Assembly: GCA_964558395.1 (NCBI GenBank)
Contig: CAZLDS010000013.1
Location: 390 to 64,389, forward strand
Direction: 5' to 3'
Origin: an uncultured bacterium
Lineage (GTDB): Bacteria > Methylomirabilota > Methylomirabilia > Methylomirabilales > CSP1-5
Length of the DNA stretch: 64,000 nucleotides
The notes under the pieces were generated by a model. It made no database searches. It saw only the letters and a program-made list of their open reading frames with translations, and was not told the origin of the DNA. Both the position numbers and the translations under genes were made by a program. This document shows positions 16,956-26,494 of the stretch, piece by piece (position 1 is the first letter of the stretch; each line of letters starts with the position of its first letter).

Positions 16956-17340
16956 CGGGAATCCAAGCGGCTGTCCACGATCAGCTATCAGCAACCAGCT
17001 ACATGAGACCGGGCACGGCAGACCGGAAGCCTTCGGCTCAAAACTCAGGTCTCCAGTCTCCAGCCTCGTTGCTGGCAGACGCCCGCTGATTGCACACCAC
17101 TGCTGGCCGGCATTCGACTAGCCTCGGAGACAGATTGCCTCAAGAGGGAGAGCCACCCCATGGACGAGGATCATCCCGTTCCCTGCGAGTGCCCCTGCAC
17201 CCAGCACGAGGAGAAGCCTAATTCCCATCCGTTCGTTCAGTGGAGAGACCGCTCCCGGGATCTGTTCAGAGAACCCCGTGTTGAGTCCTCTTGTGATGTG
17301 CATGCCTGTGGCCATTCCGGACACTTCCGACGCTGCCACC

Positions 17341-17400
17341 CGGGCCTACCCTGAGCCAAGTCGAAGGGCCTGCCCTGAGTCTAGTCGAAGGGTACGCTTG
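17341..17400. repeat. Two tandem REP-like units CCCTGAG-N4/5-GTCGAAGGG
   Basis: ccctgagccaagtcgaaggg and ccctgagtctagtcgaaggg; relatives near 29580, 29680, 35385, 52250 and 54300. Confidence 0.7.
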
Positions 17401-17722
17401 ACGAACCGGGCATGTCAAGCCTGGGCGCGCGCGGCGTCCCTGCGCTCGGCCGGCGAGCAGACCGAGGAGGGTGAGACTCGTGTCGAAACTGTGGGGCCTG
17501 ATCTGTCACCGTCTTATGCCGACGTGATGCCTGATCTTCTCCGCGGGGACGGAGGTTGCATCTGAAACCGTTCAGGCCGATCTGGACGGCTTCCAGGCTA
17601 TCGCGTACCGTCTCGAAGTCGTGGGGGTCTCTCGGATGGGCGAGGATCAACCGGACTTTTGTTGACCCGAGATTGGCCCGGAAATTGCAAACCTCAACTC
17701 CCACTTCAACAACGAGAGGCCT

Positions 17723-17974
17723 GTGATGATTTCATTCGATACAGCTACGATGGTCCTGATTTACATGGTGGAAGCGGTCGCCTACGGTGCGATCCTCTTT
17801 CAGCTCCACAAGCTCGATCGACGCCGTCTGCGGGAGGCCCGGTGTCAACTGCACCAGTGGACGACGGCATCACGCAACGGCATGGTGTGTGCCCTATGCC
17901 ATAAGCGTGTGGCACACTCGTTATTTGGCTTCCCGATGATCAACATCTTCGATCGGGATTGGCCCCTCTTTTAG
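17723..17974 (+). CDS. Small membrane protein with C-x2-H-x-W...CxxC motif
   Basis: TM segment then CQLHQW-x9-CALC; RBS gagagg. Confidence 0.55.
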   Translation: MMISFDTATMVLIYMVEAVAYGAILFQLHKLDRRRLREARCQLHQWTTASRNGMVCALCHKRVAHSLFGFPMINIFDRDWPLF

Positions 17975-17977
17975 GTA

Positions 17978-18102
17978 GCAATCAGCAGTCCGCTATCAGG
18001 ACTCAGCACTTCCAAAACGCTGCCAGCTGTCAGCGATCCCCCATGCCAAGACTGAGCAATGAAGACTGAGCCTCGAATCTCAGCACTCAGTCCTCGGCAC
18101 TG
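17978..18102. repeat. Heptamer arrays including an inverted pair
   Basis: caatcagcagtccgctatcagg; gactgag facing ctcagcactcagtcctc. Confidence 0.7.
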
Positions 18103-18285
18103 TTGATCTTCCGTGTGTCCCCCGCCGGGGGGCCGGCAGTTATCAAATCGACCCCACATAGTGCTCATCGCCAACGTCGATCACACTGGCATCCAGCACT
18201 CGCGAGACCCATATCCAGATCTGCGTCCAGCGTGTAAGGGCTGGGGCACCGATCGGTGCATTCACCGGGTTCGTCATCGCTGACC

Positions 18286-18936
18286 TCACGCCTCACGTGG
18301 CACGGGGGCTGCGGTCGTCCCGAATGACATACCCGCCGCCGCGGAGGGACTGAGGGAATCAGAAGAAGGGACTTCGTAGAGATAGATGTTACGTGTGATG
18401 ATGCCGTGCCACAGGGTGACCACCGTCGGCGTCAGCCAGCGCTCAATGGTATAGGTGTTGCTGATCACGATTGTGCCGGGTCTGAGCTCTCGGTTAAATT
18501 TGTCGCGAAGCTGCTGGATCGCTCCCGAGGCTTGATAGCAATAGATCACGTCCGCGTCCGAGAAATCTGCATGCATGAAATTCCCATAGCGGATGGTCGC
18601 GCTCGCCCCATGCCACCAATTGCTGATCCAGGCGTACAGATAGGCGAAGACATTGATCTCATAACCGATGGCGTCGACGCCGTATTTCTTCCTGGCGGCA
18701 ATTAACATGCGGCCCTCCCCACACCCGAGGTCGTAGAATCGCTGGCCGGGTCGCATTGGCATCAGTGTGAGAATCTCATCCACGAGAGCGCGGTCCGTAA
18801 ACCGGAAGATCGACTCTCCGGTCACGGGAAGTACCAGCACAAGTGAAACGACATACAGGATGACGGCGATCAGGGGAACCGCCATGATGACGAGTAACGT
18901 CGCAGTAAAGATGGGATCCATCGCGCTGTTCATCAC
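18286..18936 (-). CDS. Membrane-anchored class I SAM methyltransferase
   Basis: N-terminal TM; FYDLGCGEGR, GYEIN, ADVIYCY, ELRPGTIVISNTY. Confidence 0.85.
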   Translation of the reverse strand: MMNSAMDPIFTATLLVIMAVPLIAVILYVVSLVLVLPVTGESIFRFTDRALVDEILTLMPMRPGQRFYDLGCGEGRMLIAARKKYGVDAIGYEINVFAYLYAWISNWWHGASATIRYGNFMHADFSDADVIYCYQASGAIQQLRDKFNRELRPGTIVISNTYTIERWLTPTVVTLWHGIITRNIYLYEVPSSDSLSPSAAAGMSFGTTAAPVPREA

Positions 18937-18968
18937 AGCCTCGCCTGGCCCGTCTCGGTCGACTAGTC

Positions 18969-19187
18969 CTACAGCAAGACGCGGCGGAGGATGGCAAATA
19001 CGGTTGCGCCGATCACAAGACCTATGAGGATTCTAAAATCCTCCAATTGAGGGATCTGCTCTGCCAGCCTGTATGCGGCACCGCCGGTGAGAACGGCCGC
19101 CCCGAATACGATCGAGCGGATTCCCTTGCGCAGCTGTTTACCGCGTTCTTCCTTGCCTTGCCTCATCGCTCCTGCGACTATACTCAT
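18969..19187 (-). CDS. Small two-TM membrane protein
   Basis: Two hydrophobic helices; co-oriented with neighbours. Confidence 0.55.
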   Translation of the reverse strand: MSIVAGAMRQGKEERGKQLRKGIRSIVFGAAVLTGGAAYRLAEQIPQLEDFRILIGLVIGATVFAILRRVLL

Positions 19188-19252
19188 GGAAGGACCGAGG
19201 CGTCAATGGTGAAGGCTGACGACGTGCGCGGCTGTCCAGCTGTCCATATGTC

Positions 19253-19444
19253 TCAATCCCGCTCGCCGGCCACTAGCCCGCACCGCGCACACCGGAGCCG
19301 TCCGTCGGGATCCTGCTCCCAGTCGTGGGGAGCACACTCTCCCTGCGCGCGTCGCCGGAAGAACCAGATAATGGCGCCGGCCGTAATACCAAACCCAATG
19401 GCAAATCCGACGGTCAACCAGATGTAAAGGGAGATGTCCTCCAT
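19253..19444 (-). CDS. Small membrane protein with C-x2-H-x-W...CxxC motif
   Basis: TM helix then CAPHDW-x9-CARC; start overlaps upstream stop (TAATG). Confidence 0.65.
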   Translation of the reverse strand: MEDISLYIWLTVGFAIGFGITAGAIIWFFRRRAQGECAPHDWEQDPDGRLRCARCGLVAGERD

Positions 19445-20190
19445 TATCCGCCCCGGGCGGTGTCGTCGCCGTCCAGCCGTTCTGCTTCACGGACGATTCT
19501 TGCTACCCGCTCTTCCATGTAACTCCGGTAACCGTCAATATATATCCCACCGACAATGGCGCGCTGGAGCAGATCGAGAAGGCCCTCCCCCGCGAGCTTC
19601 TCGTGGGTACTCAGGGTGAGGGTGTACCGCAGCCGAGATTGATCTCCCTCGCCGGTGAGTTCAAAGCCCCCCTGGAAGACCGCCTCGCTGCTCAAGCCAT
19701 CCACCTGCTGAAACGTGAGCCGGAAAATGCCCTCTGCCGATCGGGAGGTGTCGGCGGCAAAGCGGCGCACGCTCCAAATGAAGAAGAGGTTGACGTGGTA
19801 ATACTCCTCATAGAGCAGCGGGGTGTCCAGCGGGAGCGTGAGCAGCCGCGGAATGTCCGGCGGGGGGGCCACAGGGAGCTTTTCGAGCCGTGCCGCCACC
19901 TCGCGCTTGGCCGCCTCGGAGTCAAGGACGCGTGCGTACTCGATCCCTTGCGGGTGTACGCCCTTTTCGGCGAGCCGAGGAAAATTGCGGAGGGCCTTCC
20001 AGACCGTCTGTGCTTTGAGGGGGAGCGCGCAGTCCAGCACAAAGGTTGTCGTCTCCGGACCCGAAGGGGGCGCCGTGGTTTCGCGAGTGAAGTCGCATTC
20101 CACGGCCCAGGCTGCTCCCGCGGCCCCCGCCCAGAGGGCAAGCGTCGCCGCGAGAACCCTATGGAATCGCAACGATCGTGATATCGGCAT
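19444..20190 (-). CDS. Exported hypothetical protein, possibly START/SRPBCC-like
   Basis: Signal peptide ending AWA-VEC; VWKALRNF and SRLRYTLTL patterns. Confidence 0.6.
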   Translation of the reverse strand: MPISRSLRFHRVLAATLALWAGAAGAAWAVECDFTRETTAPPSGPETTTFVLDCALPLKAQTVWKALRNFPRLAEKGVHPQGIEYARVLDSEAAKREVAARLEKLPVAPPPDIPRLLTLPLDTPLLYEEYYHVNLFFIWSVRRFAADTSRSAEGIFRLTFQQVDGLSSEAVFQGGFELTGEGDQSRLRYTLTLSTHEKLAGEGLLDLLQRAIVGGIYIDGYRSYMEERVARIVREAERLDGDDTARGG

Positions 20191-20260
20191 GGCGCAAAAA
20201 AGAGAGGCTGTCGCCTTGTGCGACAGCCTCTCTTTTCAACCGATCGCTGACTCGTGCGGG

Positions 20261-21547
20261 TTACGAGCCGGTGGCGGTCGCAGGCGCGACCTCCTTGGGC
20301 GGCCTCGTGACGATGGCCATGATGACCGCCAACAGGCCCAGGGCGGTACCGATCATGAACGCGGCTTGGTACGCGCTAAGTTGCGCTGTCCTTAAGGCCT
20401 CCCCCTCAAGGCCTGCCGTCTTCACGCGGAGATAATACGCCTTCGATTGCGGGCCGACGACCCCGGCTATGCCCCACGCGGTAAAGACGGACGCGTAGTT
20501 CACCCCCAGGTTCTTGGTGCCGAAGTACTCGGCCATCGCGGCCGGGAACAGGGCGAAGTTGGCCCCGTATGACGCCCCGCAGATCATGAGCCCGACCGCA
20601 AACCCGACCGTCGTCGCGGCGATCGTGGGCAGCAGGAACACGTTGACCGTGGTGATGGCGAAGATCAAGACCATCGCCCGGGTGCGGCCCATGACATCCG
20701 AGAGCCAGCCGGCGATGATCCGGCCAAAGCCGTTCGCGATCGACAGGAAGCCGATCATGAAGGCGGCGGTCTCCGCGCTCATGCCGAGGGTCTTGGCGTA
20801 GGGGGCAATGAGGCTGATCACCATCAGGCCCACCCCTGCGTTGCCGACGAAGGCGAGCCAGAGGGTCCAGAAGGTCGGGGTCTTGATGGCCTCACCGGGG
20901 GTCCAGTCCCGGGCTGCCTTCACACCGCCCGGCTTGGGGGGGGGCGGCGTCCAGCCCTCGGGCTTATACCCCGGGGGGGGGACCCTGAGGATCTGCGCCA
21001 GCGCCATGATGACGATCAGGAAAATGAACCCCAGCCACAGAAACGCGCTGCTGATGCCGACGCTCTTGATGAGCTTCACGGCGATCGGGGTAAAGACGAA
21101 CGCCCCGAATCCGAATCCCGCCACCGTGATCCCGACCGTCAAGCCCTTCTTGTCGGGGAACCACTTGATCGTGGTGACGACCGGGGTCACGTACCCGAAG
21201 GCGACGCCGGCGCCGCCGATGATCCCGTAGGTTATAAAGATCATCGGGACGGAGCTGACGAAGGAGGTGAGGATGAACCCAACGGCCATGAGCACGGCGC
21301 CGATCATGGTCACGGGCTTGGGCCCAATCCTGTCCTGCAATCGTCCCGCATAGACCATGACCAGGGCGAAGGTGAAGATCGAGGCGGTGAAAGGCCACGA
21401 CAGGCTCGCCCTCGTGAAGGCGGCGTCGCCCTGACCCGGCGGCCCAAACTTGTTAATCAGAGGTACGACGAAGATGCTCCACGAGTAAAGGACGCCGAGA
21501 CAGATGTTAATCCCTGTCCCGGCCAAGCAGATGATCCATCGATTCAT
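20261..21547 (-). CDS. MFS transporter, oxalate/formate antiporter (OFA) family
   Basis: GVLYSWSIF, AGRLQDRIGP, KWFPDKKGL, GRIIAGWLSD, YFGTKNLGVNY; 12-TM pattern. Confidence 0.9.
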   Translation of the reverse strand: MNRWIICLAGTGINICLGVLYSWSIFVVPLINKFGPPGQGDAAFTRASLSWPFTASIFTFALVMVYAGRLQDRIGPKPVTMIGAVLMAVGFILTSFVSSVPMIFITYGIIGGAGVAFGYVTPVVTTIKWFPDKKGLTVGITVAGFGFGAFVFTPIAVKLIKSVGISSAFLWLGFIFLIVIMALAQILRVPPPGYKPEGWTPPPPKPGGVKAARDWTPGEAIKTPTFWTLWLAFVGNAGVGLMVISLIAPYAKTLGMSAETAAFMIGFLSIANGFGRIIAGWLSDVMGRTRAMVLIFAITTVNVFLLPTIAATTVGFAVGLMICGASYGANFALFPAAMAEYFGTKNLGVNYASVFTAWGIAGVVGPQSKAYYLRVKTAGLEGEALRTAQLSAYQAAFMIGTALGLLAVIMAIVTRPPKEVAPATATGS

Positions 21548-21990
21548 ATCCGCGCCTCCGCGCTACAGATTTCCCTTTTCTCTCACGACTCTCCAGATCC
21601 AATTTGCGTCAGTTTGGGACCAGCAATATTGCCGTGGAGCAGCAGGAAAACCGCTATGTTCCCTGAACCCTACCCCAAACAAGCTGACATGTATCACCCC
21701 CTCCACTCAAGAGTAGCAAAAAGGCCTCGCGCGTCCTGAGCCTGCTCGCTCATTTATCAGAAGGGAAGAAGCGGTGTCAAGCGAAATTTAATGCTGTTTT
21801 ATTTTTTAAAAGGTGTGGGATATGTGCGTCATTTGGCCGCGCCCAGGGCGCGGATCGGCGACTTTTGCCTTGACAAATTTGAATTGCTATTTAGAGTAGG
21901 GATGCACGTGAAGCGCGCTCTCATGGCTTTACCCTCCTTGTACCTCCTTGACCACAGGGAAGGTCCGTTATCGACACACCTCAGGCAGAT

Positions 21991-23076
21991 TTGAAGGCGA
22001 CCCCGCTGAACGCCGTGCACCGCCAGATCGGGGCCCGGATGGTCCCGTTCGGGGGCTGGGATATGCCGGTACAATACTCCGGCATCCTGGAGGAGCACCG
22101 GGCGGTCCGGGGGACCGCCGGACTGTTCGACATCAGCCACATGGGGGAGATCGAGTTTCGGGGCCCGGACGCCCTCGCCGCGGTGCAGCGGCTCGTGACC
22201 AGTGATGCCTCCAAGCTCGCCGTCGGACAGGTCCAGTACGCGGCCCTCTGCTACGAAAACGGAACATTCGTGGACGACCTCACGGTGTACAAAGTGGCCG
22301 CTGATCATTTCATGTTCACGGTCAATGCGTCCAACATTGAAAAGGACTATCAGTGGATCACGGCGCACGTCGCCGGGAACGTCGAGGTGCGGAATATCAG
22401 TCATCAGACCGCGTTGCTGGCCCTGCAGGGCCCCAAGGCCCCGGAGATTCTCCGGAAACTCACCCCGGTGGACCTGAGCCAGATCCGATATTACTGGTTC
22501 CAGCGGGGCAAGGTGCTGGGTGCCGATGTCCTGATCTCCCGGACCGGGTATACGGGCGAGGACGGCTTCGAGATCTACCTGACTCCCGATAGGGCTGAGT
22601 CCCTCTGGCATCGCCTCGTGGACGAGGGTCGTGCCTTTGGCCTCCTCCCGGTCGGGCTGGGCGCACGCGATACGCTGCGGCTGGAGGCTAAGATGGCGCT
22701 CTACGGCAACGATATTGACGATGCCCATACGGTTTTAGAGGCCGATCTCGGCTGGATCGTCAAGTTCGACAAGGGGGAGTTCATCGGGCGGGCGGCGCTC
22801 GAGAAGCAGAAGGCGGCTGGGCTGACGCGGAAGCTCGTGGGGTTCGAGATGGTGGGGCGCGGGATCGGTCGCGCCCATTACAAGATCGTGAAGAACGGCA
22901 AGGAGATCGGGGAGGTCACGAGCGGCGCTCCGTCTCCGACCCTGGGCAAGAACATCGGGCTCGGGTATGTCGCCATCGAGCATGCCACGATCGGAACCGA
23001 CGTTGGCATCCTCATCCGGGGTGAGCCGGTCCCAGCCAAGATCGTTCCCACCCCCTTTTATAAGCGCAAACGTTAA
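21991..23076 (+). CDS. gcvT: Glycine cleavage T protein (aminomethyltransferase)
   Basis: PFGGWDMPVQYSGILEEH, LFDISHMGE, SRTGYTGEDGFE, GLGARDTLRLEA. Confidence 0.96.
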   Translation: MKATPLNAVHRQIGARMVPFGGWDMPVQYSGILEEHRAVRGTAGLFDISHMGEIEFRGPDALAAVQRLVTSDASKLAVGQVQYAALCYENGTFVDDLTVYKVAADHFMFTVNASNIEKDYQWITAHVAGNVEVRNISHQTALLALQGPKAPEILRKLTPVDLSQIRYYWFQRGKVLGADVLISRTGYTGEDGFEIYLTPDRAESLWHRLVDEGRAFGLLPVGLGARDTLRLEAKMALYGNDIDDAHTVLEADLGWIVKFDKGEFIGRAALEKQKAAGLTRKLVGFEMVGRGIGRAHYKIVKNGKEIGEVTSGAPSPTLGKNIGLGYVAIEHATIGTDVGILIRGEPVPAKIVPTPFYKRKR

Positions 23077-23150
23077 CAGTTCACCGTTCACGGATAGTGC
23101 AACCGACGCCGAGACTGAGGAGTGGGTTCTTACTGTGAACCGTGAACAGA
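23076..23150. repeat. Inverted heptamer pair between gcvT and gcvH
   Basis: gttcaccgttcacgg facing ctgtgaaccgtgaacag. Confidence 0.75.
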
Positions 23151-23165
23151 GCGGAGGGCATTATT

Positions 23166-23561
23166 ATGAATGTACCGGAGGGACTCAAGTATACCCGGGA
23201 ACATGAGTGGATCAAGGTCGAGGGGGACAAGGGACGGGTCGGGATCACCGACTACGCCCAGGATCAGCTGGGGGATGTGGTGTTCGTCGAACTGCCGAAG
23301 AAGGGACGATCACTCCGCCAGATGGAAGCCTTCGGGGTCGTAGAGTCGGTGAAGGCGGTCTCGGACCTGTACTGCCCCGTGAGCGGCGAGATCGTCGGAG
23401 TGAACGGCGAGCTCGAGCGCAAACCCGAGCTGGTAAACGCGGACTGCTACGGAGCCGGGTGGATGATCGAGGTGAAGATCACCCAGGCGAAGGACCTGGA
23501 AAAGCTCCTCTCCCCTTCGGAGTATGCCGCGTATCTCGAGGAAGCGGGAGGAGGGCACTGA
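23166..23561 (+). CDS. gcvH: Glycine cleavage H protein
   Basis: YTREHEW, GITDYAQDQLGDVVFVELP, lipoyl site VESVKAVSD. Confidence 0.97.
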   Translation: MNVPEGLKYTREHEWIKVEGDKGRVGITDYAQDQLGDVVFVELPKKGRSLRQMEAFGVVESVKAVSDLYCPVSGEIVGVNGELERKPELVNADCYGAGWMIEVKITQAKDLEKLLSPSEYAAYLEEAGGGH

Positions 23562-24907
23562 TGCGATACATTCCCAATACGGATGCGGACTGCCAGGCGA
23601 TGCTCCAAGCCATCGGGGTCCGTTCGGTGGAGGAACTCTTCGCCGATATTCCGGCAGCGGTCCGGTTGAAGCGGCCGCTCAAGGTGCCGCCGGCCATGGC
23701 CGAGTCCGAGGTCGCACGGCACCTGAGGGCGTTGGCGGACAAGAATGCCGACGCCGATCGTTACAGCATGTTCCTCGGCGCCGGCTGTTACAACCACTTC
23801 AGCCCCGCCATCATCAATCATCTTGTCTTGCGTGGGGAATTCCTCACCCCATACACCCCATATCAGCCCGAGGTCGCTCAGGGGACGCTGCAGGCGCTGT
23901 TCGAGTATCAGACGCTCGTCTGCCTCCTGACCGGCATGGAGGTCAGCAACGCCAGCATGTACGAAGGGGCCTCGGCGACGGCGGAAGCGGCCCTGATGGC
24001 GAACCGGATTACGGGCCGCGCCGAGGTCGTGATGGCGTGCGCCGTCCATCCGGAATACCGGGCGGTCACACGGACGTATGCCTCGCAACTGGGGATCTCC
24101 TTCCGGGAGGTCGCCTTCACCGAGGCCGGGGTGACCGATATCGGCCAGGTCCGGAAGATGCTGAGCGAGCGGGTCTCCTGCCTGGTCGTCCAGTCCCCCA
24201 ACTTTTTGGGCGTTATCGAGGACCTCACGCCGCTCGCGGAGACCGCCCACGCGGCGGGCGCCCTCCTGGTCGTCGCGGTGGCCGAACCGCTCTCCCTCGG
24301 CATTTTGAAGTCGCCGGGCGAGTGCGGCGCCGACATCGTCACCGCCGAAGGCGCGGGGCTCGGGACGGGTTTGAACTACGGCGGGCCGGCCGTCGGCTTC
24401 TTCGCAACCCGAGAGAAGTTTATGCGGCACATGCCGGGACGGTTGGTGGGGGAGACGGAGGACCGCGAGGGACGGACCGGGTATGTCCTGACGCTGGCGA
24501 CCCGGGAGCAGCACATCCGACGAGAGAAGGCGACCTCGAACATCTGTACCAGCGAGTCGCTGATTGCCAACATGTCGGCGATGTACATGGTCACCATGGG
24601 TCCCCAAGGCCTGCGGGACGTTGCCTTACTGAACCTGCGCAAGGCGGCCTACGCCAAAGAGCGGTTGGCGAAGGTCCGGGGGCTTAGCCTCCGCTTCACG
24701 GGCCCAACGTTCAACGAATTCGTCCTGCGCACCAAGAAGAAACCGGGTGACATCCTCAAGGGATTGCTTAAGCGGCAGATCATCGGCGGATTGGACCTGG
24801 GGCGGTTCTATCCCGAACTCAAGGACTGCCTCCTGGTCTGCGTCACGGAGCAGAACAGCCGCCCGGAGATCGACGCGCTGGTCAAGGCGCTGGGAGGTGT
24901 ACGATGA
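23561..24907 (+). CDS. gcvPA: Glycine dehydrogenase subunit 1
   Basis: MRYIP, FLGAG, YTPYQPEVAQG, REQHIRREKATSNICT; TGATG coupling to gcvH. Confidence 0.96.
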   Translation: MRYIPNTDADCQAMLQAIGVRSVEELFADIPAAVRLKRPLKVPPAMAESEVARHLRALADKNADADRYSMFLGAGCYNHFSPAIINHLVLRGEFLTPYTPYQPEVAQGTLQALFEYQTLVCLLTGMEVSNASMYEGASATAEAALMANRITGRAEVVMACAVHPEYRAVTRTYASQLGISFREVAFTEAGVTDIGQVRKMLSERVSCLVVQSPNFLGVIEDLTPLAETAHAAGALLVVAVAEPLSLGILKSPGECGADIVTAEGAGLGTGLNYGGPAVGFFATREKFMRHMPGRLVGETEDREGRTGYVLTLATREQHIRREKATSNICTSESLIANMSAMYMVTMGPQGLRDVALLNLRKAAYAKERLAKVRGLSLRFTGPTFNEFVLRTKKKPGDILKGLLKRQIIGGLDLGRFYPELKDCLLVCVTEQNSRPEIDALVKALGGVR

Positions 24908-26397
24908 ACGGCACGGGGAACACCATCGGCACACGGGGGCTGGTGTTCAATGAGCCCTTGATTTTCGAACAGGGTTCGCCGGGTCGCATGGGATACTCGC
25001 TTCCGCCGCTGGATGTGCCGGAGAAGAAGCCGCAGGTCTTGATCCCCACGCGACTACTCCGGGACGGCATCCCCGGCGTACCCGAGGTGAGCGAGGTCGA
25101 CGTGATCCGCCACTACACCCGGATCTCACAGTGGAACTACTGCGTCGACCTCGGGTTCTTTCCGCTCGGCTCGTGCACGATGAAGTACAATCCCCGGATC
25201 AACGAAGATATGGCGCGCCTCCCGGGGTTCGCCAAGGCGCATCCCTATCAGCCCGAGGAACTCAGTCAGGGGGCGCTTCAGCTCATGTGGGAGTTGGAGC
25301 AGTACCTGGCCGAAGTGGCGGGCATGGACCGGGTCACGCTGCACCCTTCGGCGGGCGCCCATGGCGAGGTTACGGGCCTCATGATGATCCGGGCCTATCA
25401 CACCTCGCGCGGGAATCCGCGATCCAAGGTCCTGATTCCCGATTCGGCCCACGGGACCAACCCGGCGACGTCGGCCCTGTGCGGCTACCGCGTGGTACCC
25501 GTCAAAGAGGGCCCCCGCGGTATCGTAGAGGCCAAGGCGGTGGCCGAGGCCATGGACAATGAGGTGGCTGCCATCATGGTCACGAACCCGAATACGTTAG
25601 GGCTCTTCGAGGAGCAGATTGTCGAGGTCGCCAAGATCGTCCACGCCAAGGGGGGCCAGGTCTACTGCGACGGGGCCAACCTGAACAGTGTCATGGGGAT
25701 CAGTCGCCCCGGAGACTGCGGCGTCGACGTTATCCAAATCAACCTCCACAAGACCTTCTCGCAGCCGCACGGGGGCGGCGGGCCGGGGGCGGGTCCCGTC
25801 GCCCTGAAGAAGCACCTAGCCCCCTTCATGCCGGTGCCGACGGTCGAGAAAAAGGGGAGCCGATTTATCCTCGATTTCAAGCGGCCCAAGTCAATCGGGA
25901 AGGTCCGCGCCTTTGCGTCAAGTTTCGGGGTCCTGGTCCGCTCATACACCTACATCCGGTCCATGGGGTCGGCGGGGCTCCGGCGGGCCGCCGAGGTCGC
26001 CGTGCTCAACGCCAATTACATCCTGAGCCAGCTCAAGGGGACCTACCACCTGCCGTACGACCGGCACTGCATGCACGAGTGTGTCTTCACCGACGCCCTG
26101 CAGGCCCGGCACGACATCCACACGCTGGACATCGCCAAGCGGCTCATCGACCACGGCTTCCATCCGCCGACCACGTACTTTCCCCTGATCGTGAAGGCCG
26201 CACTGATGATCGAGCCGACGGAGACCGAAAGCAAGGAGAACATCGATCAGTTCATCGCGGCCATGAAGGCGATCGCGCGTGAGGCCGAGGAGAATCCGGA
26301 GCATCTCCGGTTGGCTCCCCACAATCCCAAGGTGACACGCATGAACGAGACCAAGGCCGCCCGCGAGCCCAAGCTCCGCTGGCAGCCGCGCTCTTGA
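24904..26397 (+). CDS. gcvPB: Glycine dehydrogenase subunit 2
   Basis: PLGSCTMKYNP, AHGTNPA, PLP site NLHKTFSQPHGGGGPG, EPTETESKE. Confidence 0.96.
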   Translation: MNGTGNTIGTRGLVFNEPLIFEQGSPGRMGYSLPPLDVPEKKPQVLIPTRLLRDGIPGVPEVSEVDVIRHYTRISQWNYCVDLGFFPLGSCTMKYNPRINEDMARLPGFAKAHPYQPEELSQGALQLMWELEQYLAEVAGMDRVTLHPSAGAHGEVTGLMMIRAYHTSRGNPRSKVLIPDSAHGTNPATSALCGYRVVPVKEGPRGIVEAKAVAEAMDNEVAAIMVTNPNTLGLFEEQIVEVAKIVHAKGGQVYCDGANLNSVMGISRPGDCGVDVIQINLHKTFSQPHGGGGPGAGPVALKKHLAPFMPVPTVEKKGSRFILDFKRPKSIGKVRAFASSFGVLVRSYTYIRSMGSAGLRRAAEVAVLNANYILSQLKGTYHLPYDRHCMHECVFTDALQARHDIHTLDIAKRLIDHGFHPPTTYFPLIVKAALMIEPTETESKENIDQFIAAMKAIAREAEENPEHLRLAPHNPKVTRMNETKAAREPKLRWQPRS

Positions 26398-26494
26398 ACC
26401 GGTTCATGGTTCACAGTGGATGGGGAGGGATTGCAGCGTTTATAACCTTAGAGCAGTGGACTGAGAGCTTCGGAAAAGAAGGGGATGACTGGCG

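Noticed and set aside
21900-21990. Glycine riboswitch upstream of gcvT (acacctcagg resembles the aptamer 3' end)
   Set aside because: The GGAGA and CCGAAG core motifs are absent, so there is no supportable aptamer
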